Assembly (NCBI GenBank): GCA_963770895.1
Contig: CAVYRF010000001.1
Coordinates: 1,632,001 to 1,696,000 of the forward strand
Direction: 5' to 3'
From: an uncultured Acidobacteriota bacterium
GTDB taxonomy: Bacteria; Acidobacteriota; Thermoanaerobaculia; Multivoradales; UBA5704
Length of the DNA stretch: 64,000 nt
Part shown: positions 19,812 through 29,014 of the stretch, one piece after another
How positions within the stretch are numbered: position 1 is the stretch's first letter
Layout: each line of letters starts with the position of its first letter
Notes under the pieces: generated by a model
Databases searched by the model: none
Seen by the model: only the letters and a program-made list of their open reading frames with translations
What the model was told of the DNA's origin: nothing
Made by a program: the position numbers and the translations under genes

Positions 19812-21545
19812 CTTGAGTTCGCCGGGCGACACCGGCTGTGCAGTGCTGCCGCGGTGGTACTTGCTCATCTTCGGCGGCACAAAGGCCAGCCGGGCCAGCT
19901 GCGGTGCGAGGTCCTTTTGCGGGATGACGACCTCCACCAGCGCGGGCACGTCCCGCAGGTGCTCGACCGCGGCCAGCGCCTCCTGCAGCTCGCCGATGGT
20001 GCGCACGCGGAAGCCCCGCGCGCCGAAGGCGGTTGCCAGGGCCACGTAGTCCCAGCTGGGCAGCAGGTCGAACGGCGCGAACTTGCCGTCGGGCGCGAAG
20101 GCCTGCAGGTTGACGAAGGCCTGCTCGATGGCGTAGGCGTCGTTGCTCAGCACGAAGACGACGGCGTTGCACCGGCTGGCCGCCAGGCTCGACAGCTCCT
20201 GGCAGATCATCCGGAAACCGCCGTCGCCGGCGACCACGAACGGCCGCGTGCCGCTTGCCAGGGCGATGCCCAGGGCACTGCCGGTTTCGTGGCCCAGGGA
20301 GCCCCACGCCGCCTGGGCGACGAAGCTGTCGCGCGGCAGTCCGTAGAGATTGCCGAACACGTAGAGCGAGGTGCTTTCGCCCAGGACCAGGGTCACCTTG
20401 CCAAACAGCCCGGCGTGGCGCAGGAAGCCGCTGAGCTCGCCGTAGAAGTTGTTGTAGGACAGGGGATCGCCCGCGCCGGCGGGGGGCTGGGCAGGCGAGT
20501 CGTCCGGCGCCTGCGGCAGGACATATTCTTTGGCTCCGCCGGCGGCGGCAAAGCGCGCCGTGAGCGCCGGCAGGAAGTCCGCCAGCAGCACCTGCTGGTA
20601 GTGGCGGTAGCCGATCCTGGCCTCCGCTTCGGTGACCTCGATCATCGCGCCGAAGCTTGCGGCCATGATGTCCAGATAGTCGTCGGTGATGATCGTGCCC
20701 AGCGCGATGGGGCAGTCGGTGGCCTTCATCACGGCGCGGGTGATCGCCGGCGACGCGGGGCCGGCATAGGTGCCGATGAACCTGGGCTGGGCTTCGTCCA
20801 GGACCGTCTTGCCCAGGCTGGTGGTGGTGAAGTACAGACCGCTGGCGTCGATCAGCTGCTGCAGCATGCCCTGCAGGCCGAAGCGGTGGATCTCCACCCC
20901 GGCCCACAGCACCGGCAGGCGGGCCGCCTGGATGCGCTCCCAGGCGTCGTCCACCGCCGCCGCCAGGCCCGCGGCGTCGCTGTGCCCGACGATCGCGGCC
21001 AGGGTGCCCTGCGGCGCGGCGCAGGGCAACGTCCAGACGTCCTGCAGCACCTCGATGTAGATGGGGCGTCGGTGGGTGAGCATGGCGACGATCGCGCCGT
21101 CGATCTGCGCCGGCGCGGCGAGCGGGTCGGTGATCACCTCCGACGCCACGGTGACGTTGCGGAAGACGATCTGGTCGGCGAGCAGGTCGCCGGTGCTGTG
21201 ATGGAAGAGGATGCCCTGCGTCCGTTCGAGGTGCCGATCGACGGTGCTCGGGCTGGCCGAGATCACCGCCACCGGCACCCGTTCGACAAAGGAGCCGGCG
21301 GTGGCGTTCAAGATGCTGAAGCCGCCGACGCCGTACTGGACGCAGGCGGCGCCGATCCCCTTGAAGCGCGCATATCCGTCCGCCGCATAGCCGCAGCCCA
21401 GCTCGTTGACGTTGGCGACGCGTTCGATGCCGCCGTTCGCGTCCAGCGCTTCCAGAAAGTGGCTGGCGTAGTCGCCGGGGACGGTGAACATGTGCTGCAG
21501 GCCGGCCTGGCGCAGCCGCGCGATCAGATATTCGGCGACGTTCAT
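19806..21545 (-). CDS. TPP-dependent alpha-keto acid decarboxylase (indolepyruvate/pyruvate decarboxylase family)
   Basis: MNVAEYL, FTVPGDY, NELGCGYAADGYAR, FHHS, GDGGF...N TPP motif; RBS GGAGG. Confidence 0.92.
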   Translation of the reverse strand: MNVAEYLIARLRQAGLQHMFTVPGDYASHFLEALDANGGIERVANVNELGCGYAADGYARFKGIGAACVQYGVGGFSILNATAGSFVERVPVAVISASPSTVDRHLERTQGILFHHSTGDLLADQIVFRNVTVASEVITDPLAAPAQIDGAIVAMLTHRRPIYIEVLQDVWTLPCAAPQGTLAAIVGHSDAAGLAAAVDDAWERIQAARLPVLWAGVEIHRFGLQGMLQQLIDASGLYFTTTSLGKTVLDEAQPRFIGTYAGPASPAITRAVMKATDCPIALGTIITDDYLDIMAASFGAMIEVTEAEARIGYRHYQQVLLADFLPALTARFAAAGGAKEYVLPQAPDDSPAQPPAGAGDPLSYNNFYGELSGFLRHAGLFGKVTLVLGESTSLYVFGNLYGLPRDSFVAQAAWGSLGHETGSALGIALASGTRPFVVAGDGGFRMICQELSSLAASRCNAVVFVLSNDAYAIEQAFVNLQAFAPDGKFAPFDLLPSWDYVALATAFGARGFRVRTIGELQEALAAVEHLRDVPALVEVVIPQKDLAPQLARLAFVPPKMSKYHRGSTAQPVSPGELKS

Positions 21546-21547
21546 CG

Positions 21548-23269
21548 TCACCCCTCCTGCACCTTGGCGAGGCAGCTGGGCGTCACGCTGGCCAGGACCT
21601 TCCCGGCCTTGCGGACCTGGACGCAACCCTCCAGCGCGCCGCAGCCGCCGGGACAGGGCACCGGCATGAGCGCATAGTGCTTGGGCACCCAGCTGGGCCG
21701 GCGCAAGCCGAAGTAGTCTTCGAGCATCGATTCCGCGGTGTCCAGCGCCCCCTCGACCCAGCCCTGGCCGTAGGAGTACGCCTCGCCCACGATGTGGATA
21801 TCGAGCTCGGGGACCGGCTTGCGCATGCGGCACATCACTTCGTCCAGACGGTAGGCGGCTTTCCATTCGTGCCAGCCGCCGCCGTACGGGTCCTCGTTCC
21901 AGGTGTGGTAGACCGCCGAATAGGGCATCGGCAGCTCGGGCAGGGCGTGCAGCGCGGCGACCTGCCGGTTTGCCACCTCCACCATGTCGGCGGTGGCCGG
22001 GAACTCCATCTGCGGCACGATGCGGTCGACGCCGGCTTCCAGGCAGGTAGGGCGGTACCCCTCGTAGGGCACGCCCAGCTCGAGCCCCTTCCAGAACGGC
22101 ACCGTGCTGATGTCGTTGTACGAGGCCATGAGCAGCGAGTTCATGAACGGCAGGCCGTCTTCCTGCTCGGCCTCGGTGCCGAAGTAGTACGTCTGGCGGA
22201 TCGGCAGGTCGGTCACCGAGCGCCCCGCCACCAGGCCGAGGGAGCGCCACCATGGGCTTTCGTAGGCCAGGAACAGCTTGAAGGCGCTCTGGATCAGCAC
22301 CGACGAAAGGTTGGCCTGCAGCCATGGGTCGTCGAAGAAGCGGCTCTTGATCAGCTCGAGCGAGCGCCGGGGCATCGCCAGGATGATCTTCTTGGCGCGC
22401 ACCGTCACCGGCTGGGCGCTGGCCGCCCGCGTCTGGCCGGCGGTGGTGACGGTGGGCTGGAAATGCAGCGTGTAGGGGTACTTCCCCGAACCGATTTCGA
22501 TTTCAGCCAGGCGATGGTTCATCAGCACCCGCTTGCCGTGGGGCAGCCCGCCCGGTCCCTGGTGATTGAAGCGGTCGGCCAGCTGGATCGGCAGCTGGTC
22601 GTAGCCGTCGGCCAGCGTCATGAACTGGGTCTGGTCGCTGTACTCGGTGGCGGGCAGCTGCGTCACGGCGTTGGCATTGGCGACGTTGGCGTCGTAGCCG
22701 CCGGCGTCCTTCATGAACTGGTAGCCTTCGTTGCTCAGCGCCTTGAACATCAGGTCCCAAAAGCCCCACTGCCACAGCGGCTTGCCGAAAGCGCGCACCT
22801 TCATGGTGTCGCACAGGCTGAGGTTGGCCATGCCGGGATAGATGTTGTTCATCACCTGGACCTGCAGGTTGGTCGGTCCCTGGCCGCGCTCGATCCAGGC
22901 CATGTTGTAGGGCACCTTGGCCGGGTCGGCAAGCTGGTGCAGGCGCAGGTGCTTGCCGCGCAGGTAGAAAAGGTTGCAATTGGAGCCGACCGGTTCGGGC
23001 GCCCCCATCGGGAATGGCTTGGTCTTCAGCTTCAAATGATCGACGACGCTGGCGACCATCTTGTGCTCGGTGGGGATGTAGCGCATGCCGCCGACCTCCG
23101 CCTTGACGTGCGGCATGCCGGGCAGGGTCTTGGTGTACAGGCGGCCGCCGATGCGGTCGCTGTATTCGAAAAGGGCGATGCGCGCATCGTCCCCCGATTC
23201 GTGCTGCAGCCGCCAGGCGCAATAGGCGCCCGACACACCGCCTCCCACGACCGCCACATCCAGATCCAT
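21548..23269 (-). CDS. Flavin monoamine oxidase / L-amino-acid oxidase family protein
   Basis: VGGGVSG dinucleotide fold, RIGGRL, EVGGMRY, GEAYS...GWVEGAL; Cys-rich tail. Confidence 0.9.
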   Translation of the reverse strand: MDLDVAVVGGGVSGAYCAWRLQHESGDDARIALFEYSDRIGGRLYTKTLPGMPHVKAEVGGMRYIPTEHKMVASVVDHLKLKTKPFPMGAPEPVGSNCNLFYLRGKHLRLHQLADPAKVPYNMAWIERGQGPTNLQVQVMNNIYPGMANLSLCDTMKVRAFGKPLWQWGFWDLMFKALSNEGYQFMKDAGGYDANVANANAVTQLPATEYSDQTQFMTLADGYDQLPIQLADRFNHQGPGGLPHGKRVLMNHRLAEIEIGSGKYPYTLHFQPTVTTAGQTRAASAQPVTVRAKKIILAMPRRSLELIKSRFFDDPWLQANLSSVLIQSAFKLFLAYESPWWRSLGLVAGRSVTDLPIRQTYYFGTEAEQEDGLPFMNSLLMASYNDISTVPFWKGLELGVPYEGYRPTCLEAGVDRIVPQMEFPATADMVEVANRQVAALHALPELPMPYSAVYHTWNEDPYGGGWHEWKAAYRLDEVMCRMRKPVPELDIHIVGEAYSYGQGWVEGALDTAESMLEDYFGLRRPSWVPKHYALMPVPCPGGCGALEGCVQVRKAGKVLASVTPSCLAKVQEG

Positions 23270-23868
23270 GCTGATGCTCTCCTCTTTCTGTTTTGCCACT
23301 GATCGGCTCCTCGTCGGCGCCCGAACCGCCGCATGATGGTCCGCGAAATTATGCCCATCCTAACATGCTGCCATGGTGCCGCCGGGGCGGCGCCGAGCTG
23401 CGGCCGGGAGGGAAGCGCGGTGCCGCGGTGCGGCTCGGGAGGGGAGGCGCGGTGCGTACGAGCTGAGCGCCGCCGGGGGTGGTGCAACGTCGGACTCGCG
23501 ACAGCGCGACGCTTGGCGGTCGAGGAGACAGCGCGTCCTTTATTGAGGTCGAAACGTGGAGCATGGGCGCGGACGATCGCTACTTTTTACTGCCGCCCCG
23601 AAGGTGCGTGGTCGCCCCACGTCAGAACCGGGGGTATTTAGTGCGAAAGCATGCTGGACGCTAGTTTGCGCATGAGCAGGTAGGGTGCCGTGGACGCTGG
23701 AGGTAAGCGTCCTTGAAGCGTCCGATCGCCGTGCCCGCGGCGCCCCGGGGGACGTGGCACGCACTTTGAGATGGCGTCTGGTGACGTCGAGGCAGGATGG
23801 AACGGCTACCGCGAAGACGATGCTTCGCCGGCGGACCTGGATCACCTGCCTGACGAAAGGGGTGGGTC

Positions 23869-25542
23869 ATGGGCGCAAAGGCTGTGGCACTGATCACCTT
23901 TCTCTCCGGCGTCGCATGCTGCGGCGCACTTCTCGCACAATCGTACGCGGTCGCACCGGGCGCTCCCGTCGCCGTGGGCGCGCCGCAATACGCCGCGGCA
24001 GCGGTGTGGACGGCCACGGACGGAAGCCGCGCGACGGTTGCTTCCGGCGCCGCCGCGGTCGATCTGTCGGTTTTCTTCAGCAAGCTGTCGCCCTACGGAC
24101 GCTGGATTTTGCGCTCCTCCTCCGGGTGGCTCTGGGTGCCCAGCGGGGTGCCCGCCGGTTGGCAGCCCTATACGGTGGGCCATTGGGCAACGTCCGACTA
24201 CGGCTGGATGTGGATCTCGGACGAGCCGTTCGGTTGGGCGACCTATCACTATGGCTGGTGGGTCGACGATGCCGAGTACGGCTGGACGTGGCTGCCTGGC
24301 GACACCTGGGGCCCGGCCTGGGTCACCTGGCGGAGCGGCGGCGACTACGTCGGCTGGGCGCCGCTGCCGCCGGACGACGGCGACGACTACGACGACGATG
24401 CCGGCGAGGTGGATCAGCCGCCCATCACGCAATTCTGCTTCGTCAAGGAGAGCTCGCTGCTGGCGCCCGAGATCGTCAACGTGTTGCTCGCGTACGACGT
24501 GACGATCGTCGACGCCACGAAGCGGGTCGTGCATCGCCGCGGAGACGGTTCCCGCGTGATGAACCCGGGCGTGCCGGTGGGGCAGGTGGAGCAGGCCGCG
24601 GGGCAGAGCGCTCCGCCCGCGCCTGCCGCCGCCATCCCGCCAGCCGCGACCAGCCCGCAACCCGGCCCGCAGCCCGGCGGAGTCTCCTATGGCGGCCCGC
24701 CGCCGCCCGCCACGGTGATCAGCTTCCGCCCACCGGCGATCAAGAAGCCCGGCACGCTGCGCGTTCCCACCGGCAGCATCATTTACCTGCCTGCATCGCC
24801 GGTATGGCCCCGTCAGCCGCTGCGGCCGCAGGCGGCCGGGGGGCCGGCGACCGCGGGTCCGCAGAAGCCGGCGACCGGTCCGGTCGGCCGGCAGGGGCCG
24901 CCGTTCTACCCGGTGACCGCAAGCGGCGGGGCAAGGCCGGTGCGGCAACCGCAGGCGCCCACCATGGCCGGCCAGCCCGGGGCCGGCCGCGTCGAGCGAC
25001 CGGCCCAGACCGCAACCGAGCAGCCGCGCCCGACCGGGGCGCAACCCGATCGGCAGGGTGAAGCGAACCCGCGCCAGCCGGAGCTACAGCAGCGGCCTCC
25101 CCAGGCCCAGACCGAGCAGCAACGGCAGGTCGAGCAGCAAAGACAGGCGGAGGCGGAGCAGCAACGGCAGCAGGAGCAACAGCAGAGGCAACAAGCCGAG
25201 CAGCAGCGCCAGGCGCAGTCCCAGACCGAGCAGCAAAGGCAGACTCAGGCCCAGGTCGAACTGCGCCGCCAGCAGGAGGAGCAACAGCGTCTAGGGCAGG
25301 CCGACCAGCAGCGGCAGCAAGAGGAGCAGCAGCGGCAGGCGCAAGCCCAAGCCGAGCAGCAACGGCAGGCGCAGGCCCAGGCCGAGCAGCAGCGTCAGGC
25401 GCAGGCCCAGGCCGAGCAGCAGCGGCAGGCGCAGGCCCAGGCCGAGCAGCAGCGGCAGGCGCAGGCTCAGGCGCAGGCCCAGGCCGAACAGGAGCGGCAG
25501 CAGGAGGAACAGCAGCGCGCCCAGCATCCGCCGCCGCACTGA
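23869..25542 (+). CDS. Secreted DUF6600-like (Trp/Gly/Tyr-rich) protein with Pro-rich and Gln-rich tail
   Basis: LSPYGRW, WQPYTVGHW, EPFGWATYHYGWW, WGPAWVTWR, YVGWAPLPP motifs. Confidence 0.85.
   Translation: MGAKAVALITFLSGVACCGALLAQSYAVAPGAPVAVGAPQYAAAAVWTATDGSRATVASGAAAVDLSVFFSKLSPYGRWILRSSSGWLWVPSGVPAGWQPYTVGHWATSDYGWMWISDEPFGWATYHYGWWVDDAEYGWTWLPGDTWGPAWVTWRSGGDYVGWAPLPPDDGDDYDDDAGEVDQPPITQFCFVKESSLLAPEIVNVLLAYDVTIVDATKRVVHRRGDGSRVMNPGVPVGQVEQAAGQSAPPAPAAAIPPAATSPQPGPQPGGVSYGGPPPPATVISFRPPAIKKPGTLRVPTGSIIYLPASPVWPRQPLRPQAAGGPATAGPQKPATGPVGRQGPPFYPVTASGGARPVRQPQAPTMAGQPGAGRVERPAQTATEQPRPTGAQPDRQGEANPRQPELQQRPPQAQTEQQRQVEQQRQAEAEQQRQQEQQQRQQAEQQRQAQSQTEQQRQTQAQVELRRQQEEQQRLGQADQQRQQEEQQRQAQAQAEQQRQAQAQAEQQRQAQAQAEQQRQAQAQAEQQRQAQAQAQAQAEQERQQEEQQRAQHPPPH
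25321..25470 (+). repeat. Five tandem 30-nt coding repeats (consensus AEQQRQAQAQ)
   Basis: GCCGAGCAGCAGCGGCAGGCGCAGGCCCAG units abutting with no spacers. Confidence 0.9.
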
Positions 25543-25669
25543 GAGATGGCGATCCGGGCAGCCGTCGCGGGGCACTGAGTTCTACGAGATTTTGCCGGGA
25601 GAACGGTTTCCGTGCGCGGATTGCGTCTATATAGGTTGAGGGGTAGCATCGACGCCAAAGGGACGCCAG

Positions 25670-26230
25670 ATGATCGCCCACGCGCCGCCGATGACCTACC
25701 AGGACCTCCTCCGCCTCCCGGACGACCTCCTGCGTCACGAGCTGATCGACGGCGAACATTCCGTGAGCCCCGCACCGGACTTGAAGCATCAAATGGTCGT
25801 GCTCAATCTTGGGCGAATCCTGTCGACCTTCGTGCGGGAGCGCGGTCTTGGCACCGTCCTGGTCGCTCCGGTCGACGTGCTGTTCTCCCAGCACGACGTC
25901 GTTCAGCCCGACGTGCTGTACGTCGCCGCGGCGCACGCCGACCGGCTGCGTGAGCGCCACGTCGCGGGTGCGCCCGACCTGGTGATAGAGGTCCTTTCGC
26001 CCGCCAGCCGCGGCATGGACCGGATCAAAAAGCGCCGCCTGTACCAATCCCAAGGCGTAGCCGAATATTGGATCGTCGATCCCGCGGCACAGACGCTGGA
26101 GGTCCACCGCGCGGCCCTTCCCGGCGGTCCGCTGGCGCAAGCGGAAGTGCTCGCCCGCGCCTCCGGCACCGTGCTGCAAAGCCCGCTCTTCGCCGGTCTG
26201 CGCGTCCCTCTGGCCGACGTCTTCGACTGA
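25670..26230 (+). CDS. Uma2 family (PD-(D/E)XK) endonuclease-like protein
   Basis: HELIDGE, HQ, VQPD, APDLVIEVLSP, GVAEYWIVDP. Confidence 0.93.
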   Translation: MIAHAPPMTYQDLLRLPDDLLRHELIDGEHSVSPAPDLKHQMVVLNLGRILSTFVRERGLGTVLVAPVDVLFSQHDVVQPDVLYVAAAHADRLRERHVAGAPDLVIEVLSPASRGMDRIKKRRLYQSQGVAEYWIVDPAAQTLEVHRAALPGGPLAQAEVLARASGTVLQSPLFAGLRVPLADVFD

Positions 26231-26417
26231 CCTGCCATCGCCGGCCGTTCCTGCCGGCGAAAGCCGCTCGATTCCTCGCGCTGCGGGTGCGAGCAGAGGC
26301 GACAGGTCGATCGCCTCCAGCCCTCCTGACGGCATTGGACCGACCGGCGGCGGGCCCTGCCGGCGGCCCGCCGCGCGGCGATCGAGAGCCGCGCCGCGCG
26401 ACGGTGCTAGCGACCGG

Positions 26418-26612
26418 TCAGGATGTGAATGGGTCGGAGCAGCACAGGGGACAGGTGGGGCAGTGGGGGCAGCCGCAGATCTTGCAGATCGGCTCGCCTT
26501 GACAGCCGCCGATGAGCGGCGTTGGCGGCGTCGCCGGAGCGGCGGCAAGGAATGCCGAGGACACCAGGGCGAGAGCGACCAGCAGGCCGAGGCAACGACT
26601 CTTTCCACGCAT
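26418..26612 (-). CDS. Small secreted 8-Cys peptide (64 aa)
   Basis: RBS AAGGGAGG; signal peptide; mature GGCQGEPICKICGCPHCPTCPLCCSDPFTS. Confidence 0.75.
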   Translation of the reverse strand: MRGKSRCLGLLVALALVSSAFLAAAPATPPTPLIGGCQGEPICKICGCPHCPTCPLCCSDPFTS

Positions 26613-26809
26613 GTCGAATCCTCCCTTGATGCTTTGCACACTACATGAAAGTAGATTGGACCACAATGCATGGAATTATTCACTGAGACATTACGATCGT
26701 TGCTGGTTATCAATATTTAGCTGGGCTCTTGCGCGCTGATTTTGCGCTCGGGTATCCTTCACCGCGTCACAGACCCTGCCAGCCCCTCGTACCAGGGAAA
26801 GGAGCTCGG

Positions 26810-28819
26810 ATGCCCGCGAACAAGACGTTGGCCGGCGGCTGCCTCTTCATCCTCGTCCTGTTCGCCGGCCAGCCCGCGCTGGCGGCTGACGAGGGCTTTG
26901 CCTCCGGACTCAAGTGGGGTCTGGAAAAGACCGTCGGCAGGCTTACGGAAATTGGCTACAAGACCAACTGCAAGGCCAAGAACCTCGACTACAAATCGGA
27001 CGACAGCTGGTATTGCGGTGCCTTTGCGGCGCTCTCCGGGCAGGACAAAAAGGAGTGGGAGGAGCGGCTCGCTCACGACGTGGCGGCCATCCGCGACGGC
27101 ATCGCGCAGATCAAGAGCGGCATCGCGGCGATCCAGGACGGCCAGAAGACCCTCTACAACCAAAACCAGCAGATCCTGGTGCGGCTGGACGAGATCGGTC
27201 CCGAAACGGCGATCGGCAAATCCTTGTCGCGCATTCGCGTGCTGTTCAACGAGCAGTACACGCCGCTGTTCACCGGCCAGCGGCCCTTCGCGGGGCCGGC
27301 GCTGGTCGCCTTGGCGCGCCAGATCATCTTCGTCGACAAGATCGACCAGGAGCTGGGCATCATCGACGACCAGCTCACACACGCCGATTTTGGCAAGGAG
27401 ACGCTGCTGCGCTCCTACGCCCGGCGCATGAGCCTGAAGATGGCGGCCGCCGGAACCCGCAATCTCGATCCGGCGTACGACTACCTGGAATCGGTGACCG
27501 ACGACCTGCTGGCCGAGCAGCGCAAGGGATATGTGCTGTACACCTGGGCTGCGGTGACGCTGGAATCGGTCTGCAAGGTGGACAGCAAGCAGTGCAAGGA
27601 CGCGCAGAAATTGCCACATACCGCGGTGCAGTATCGCGACATCTTTGCCCAGCACGTCCGTGGCCAGGTGGCCGAGCTGAACGCCGCCCTCGAATGGTTG
27701 GTGCTGGCGCACAGCGATCCTCATAGCCGCCAGGCAAATTTCCTCCATCCCGATGCGGCGCGGCTCTTCCGCCGCAACGATCTGTTCAGCGCCGGCAACC
27801 TCGGCATCGGTTATGGCATCGTCGGCCGCGTCATCAGCATGGGGGAGCGGCAGGTTTTCGACGGCAAGCTCCAGGTCGCCGGGGCCCCCCAGGCGCCGGC
27901 CGGTGCGATCAACTCGGTTGCCACTTCGCCCGGTGCGCTCGACTGGTGGCGGGCAACCGGCGCCGCGGGCGTCTATGACGAGGTCCATTTCACCGACCGC
28001 TGGCAGATCTATCACTACCACCTGCCCGGCCAGGGCGCGGGCCGCTACAAGATCGACAGCGCCCTGCCCTACAAACCCTCCGACGTGGCGGTCGAAACCG
28101 TCACGCTCAATGCAACCACCAAGGTGCCCTTTGGCAGCTTCGTGGCGATCGCGCGCGCCGGCGGCGGTTACGCGCTGCTCAGCGGCTCGTGGGTGCGCAA
28201 GGAAACCAACGAGCAGACGGCGATCGGCGACCTGGAGGGCAGGGGCAGCAGCAGGTGGACCGACTTCGCCGCGCCGTACGCCGGCATCCTGTACGGCGGC
28301 CGTCTGTCGTGGGATACCTTCAAAGTTGGCAAGGACCAGCATGTCGAGGCGACCCAGGCGGCGTACGCCGTCAGCCAGAAGCAGATCCGTTTCGCCGACG
28401 GCGGCGGCGAGCTCACCCTGCATGCCGATTTCGGCGATCCGTACTCGATCCTCTGCCCGGGCGGCGCCTGCGCCGATTTCGATCACAACATGGTGCTCGC
28501 CCGCCTGTCCGACTTCAAGAAGGCAGGCTTCGGCGCGCGCGACGCGGAGATGGTGACCAGGACCGCGTTCCTCATCGATACCGACAGCAACGGATCGAAC
28601 GGCATCCAATGGCTTCGCAACAGCACTTTTTCCAGCGCGATCAACGAGCGCCTGCAAGCTGGCAAGGAGTCGGCAAAGATCCGTGTCACCGGCGGCACGC
28701 CCTACAACGTCATCCTGGGCGGCAGCGTCAAGATGAACGTGCAGACCTCCGGACCCGGCAATACCAGCTGGCTGGTCGTGGCGATCGCCAAGATCGATAA
28801 CGCCTACGTGACCCGGTGA
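26810..28819 (+). CDS. Secreted hypothetical protein: N-terminal coiled-coil/helical region plus C-terminal beta-rich domains
   Basis: RBS GAAAGGAG; signal peptide ending ALA; heptad run VAAIRDGIAQIKSGIAAIQDGQKTLY. Confidence 0.8.
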   Translation: MPANKTLAGGCLFILVLFAGQPALAADEGFASGLKWGLEKTVGRLTEIGYKTNCKAKNLDYKSDDSWYCGAFAALSGQDKKEWEERLAHDVAAIRDGIAQIKSGIAAIQDGQKTLYNQNQQILVRLDEIGPETAIGKSLSRIRVLFNEQYTPLFTGQRPFAGPALVALARQIIFVDKIDQELGIIDDQLTHADFGKETLLRSYARRMSLKMAAAGTRNLDPAYDYLESVTDDLLAEQRKGYVLYTWAAVTLESVCKVDSKQCKDAQKLPHTAVQYRDIFAQHVRGQVAELNAALEWLVLAHSDPHSRQANFLHPDAARLFRRNDLFSAGNLGIGYGIVGRVISMGERQVFDGKLQVAGAPQAPAGAINSVATSPGALDWWRATGAAGVYDEVHFTDRWQIYHYHLPGQGAGRYKIDSALPYKPSDVAVETVTLNATTKVPFGSFVAIARAGGGYALLSGSWVRKETNEQTAIGDLEGRGSSRWTDFAAPYAGILYGGRLSWDTFKVGKDQHVEATQAAYAVSQKQIRFADGGGELTLHADFGDPYSILCPGGACADFDHNMVLARLSDFKKAGFGARDAEMVTRTAFLIDTDSNGSNGIQWLRNSTFSSAINERLQAGKESAKIRVTGGTPYNVILGGSVKMNVQTSGPGNTSWLVVAIAKIDNAYVTR

Positions 28820-29014
28820 GCCGCGCCCGGTCGTGCGGTGAGCCGGCGGTGCCTTCCCGCTGGTCGACCGGAGGGCGGCGCGGGCGCCGGGCCGGGCGCC
28901 GCCGGGAGTGCCGGGCGCCGGCTCGACCGCCGTAGGTGGGGGCTCCGCCCGCCGCCGCCTGCTCGACTACCGCAGCGCCTTCAGCTAAAGTCTGCCCTGC
29001 TTGGAGGTTGCAGC

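Noticed and set aside
21546-22325. Oxidase-decarboxylase fusion suggested by the 839-aa ORF
   Set aside because: The extension is an alternate frame of the oxidase; the decarboxylase has its own RBS and ATG at 21545
25110-25510. 30-nt direct repeats as a possible CRISPR array
   Set aside because: Repeats abut without unique spacers, are in frame and encode AEQQRQAQAQ; no cas genes nearby
25670-26230. Uma2 protein as a mobile element or restriction system
   Set aside because: Stand-alone Uma2 genes are common; no methylase, terminal repeats or transposase adjacent
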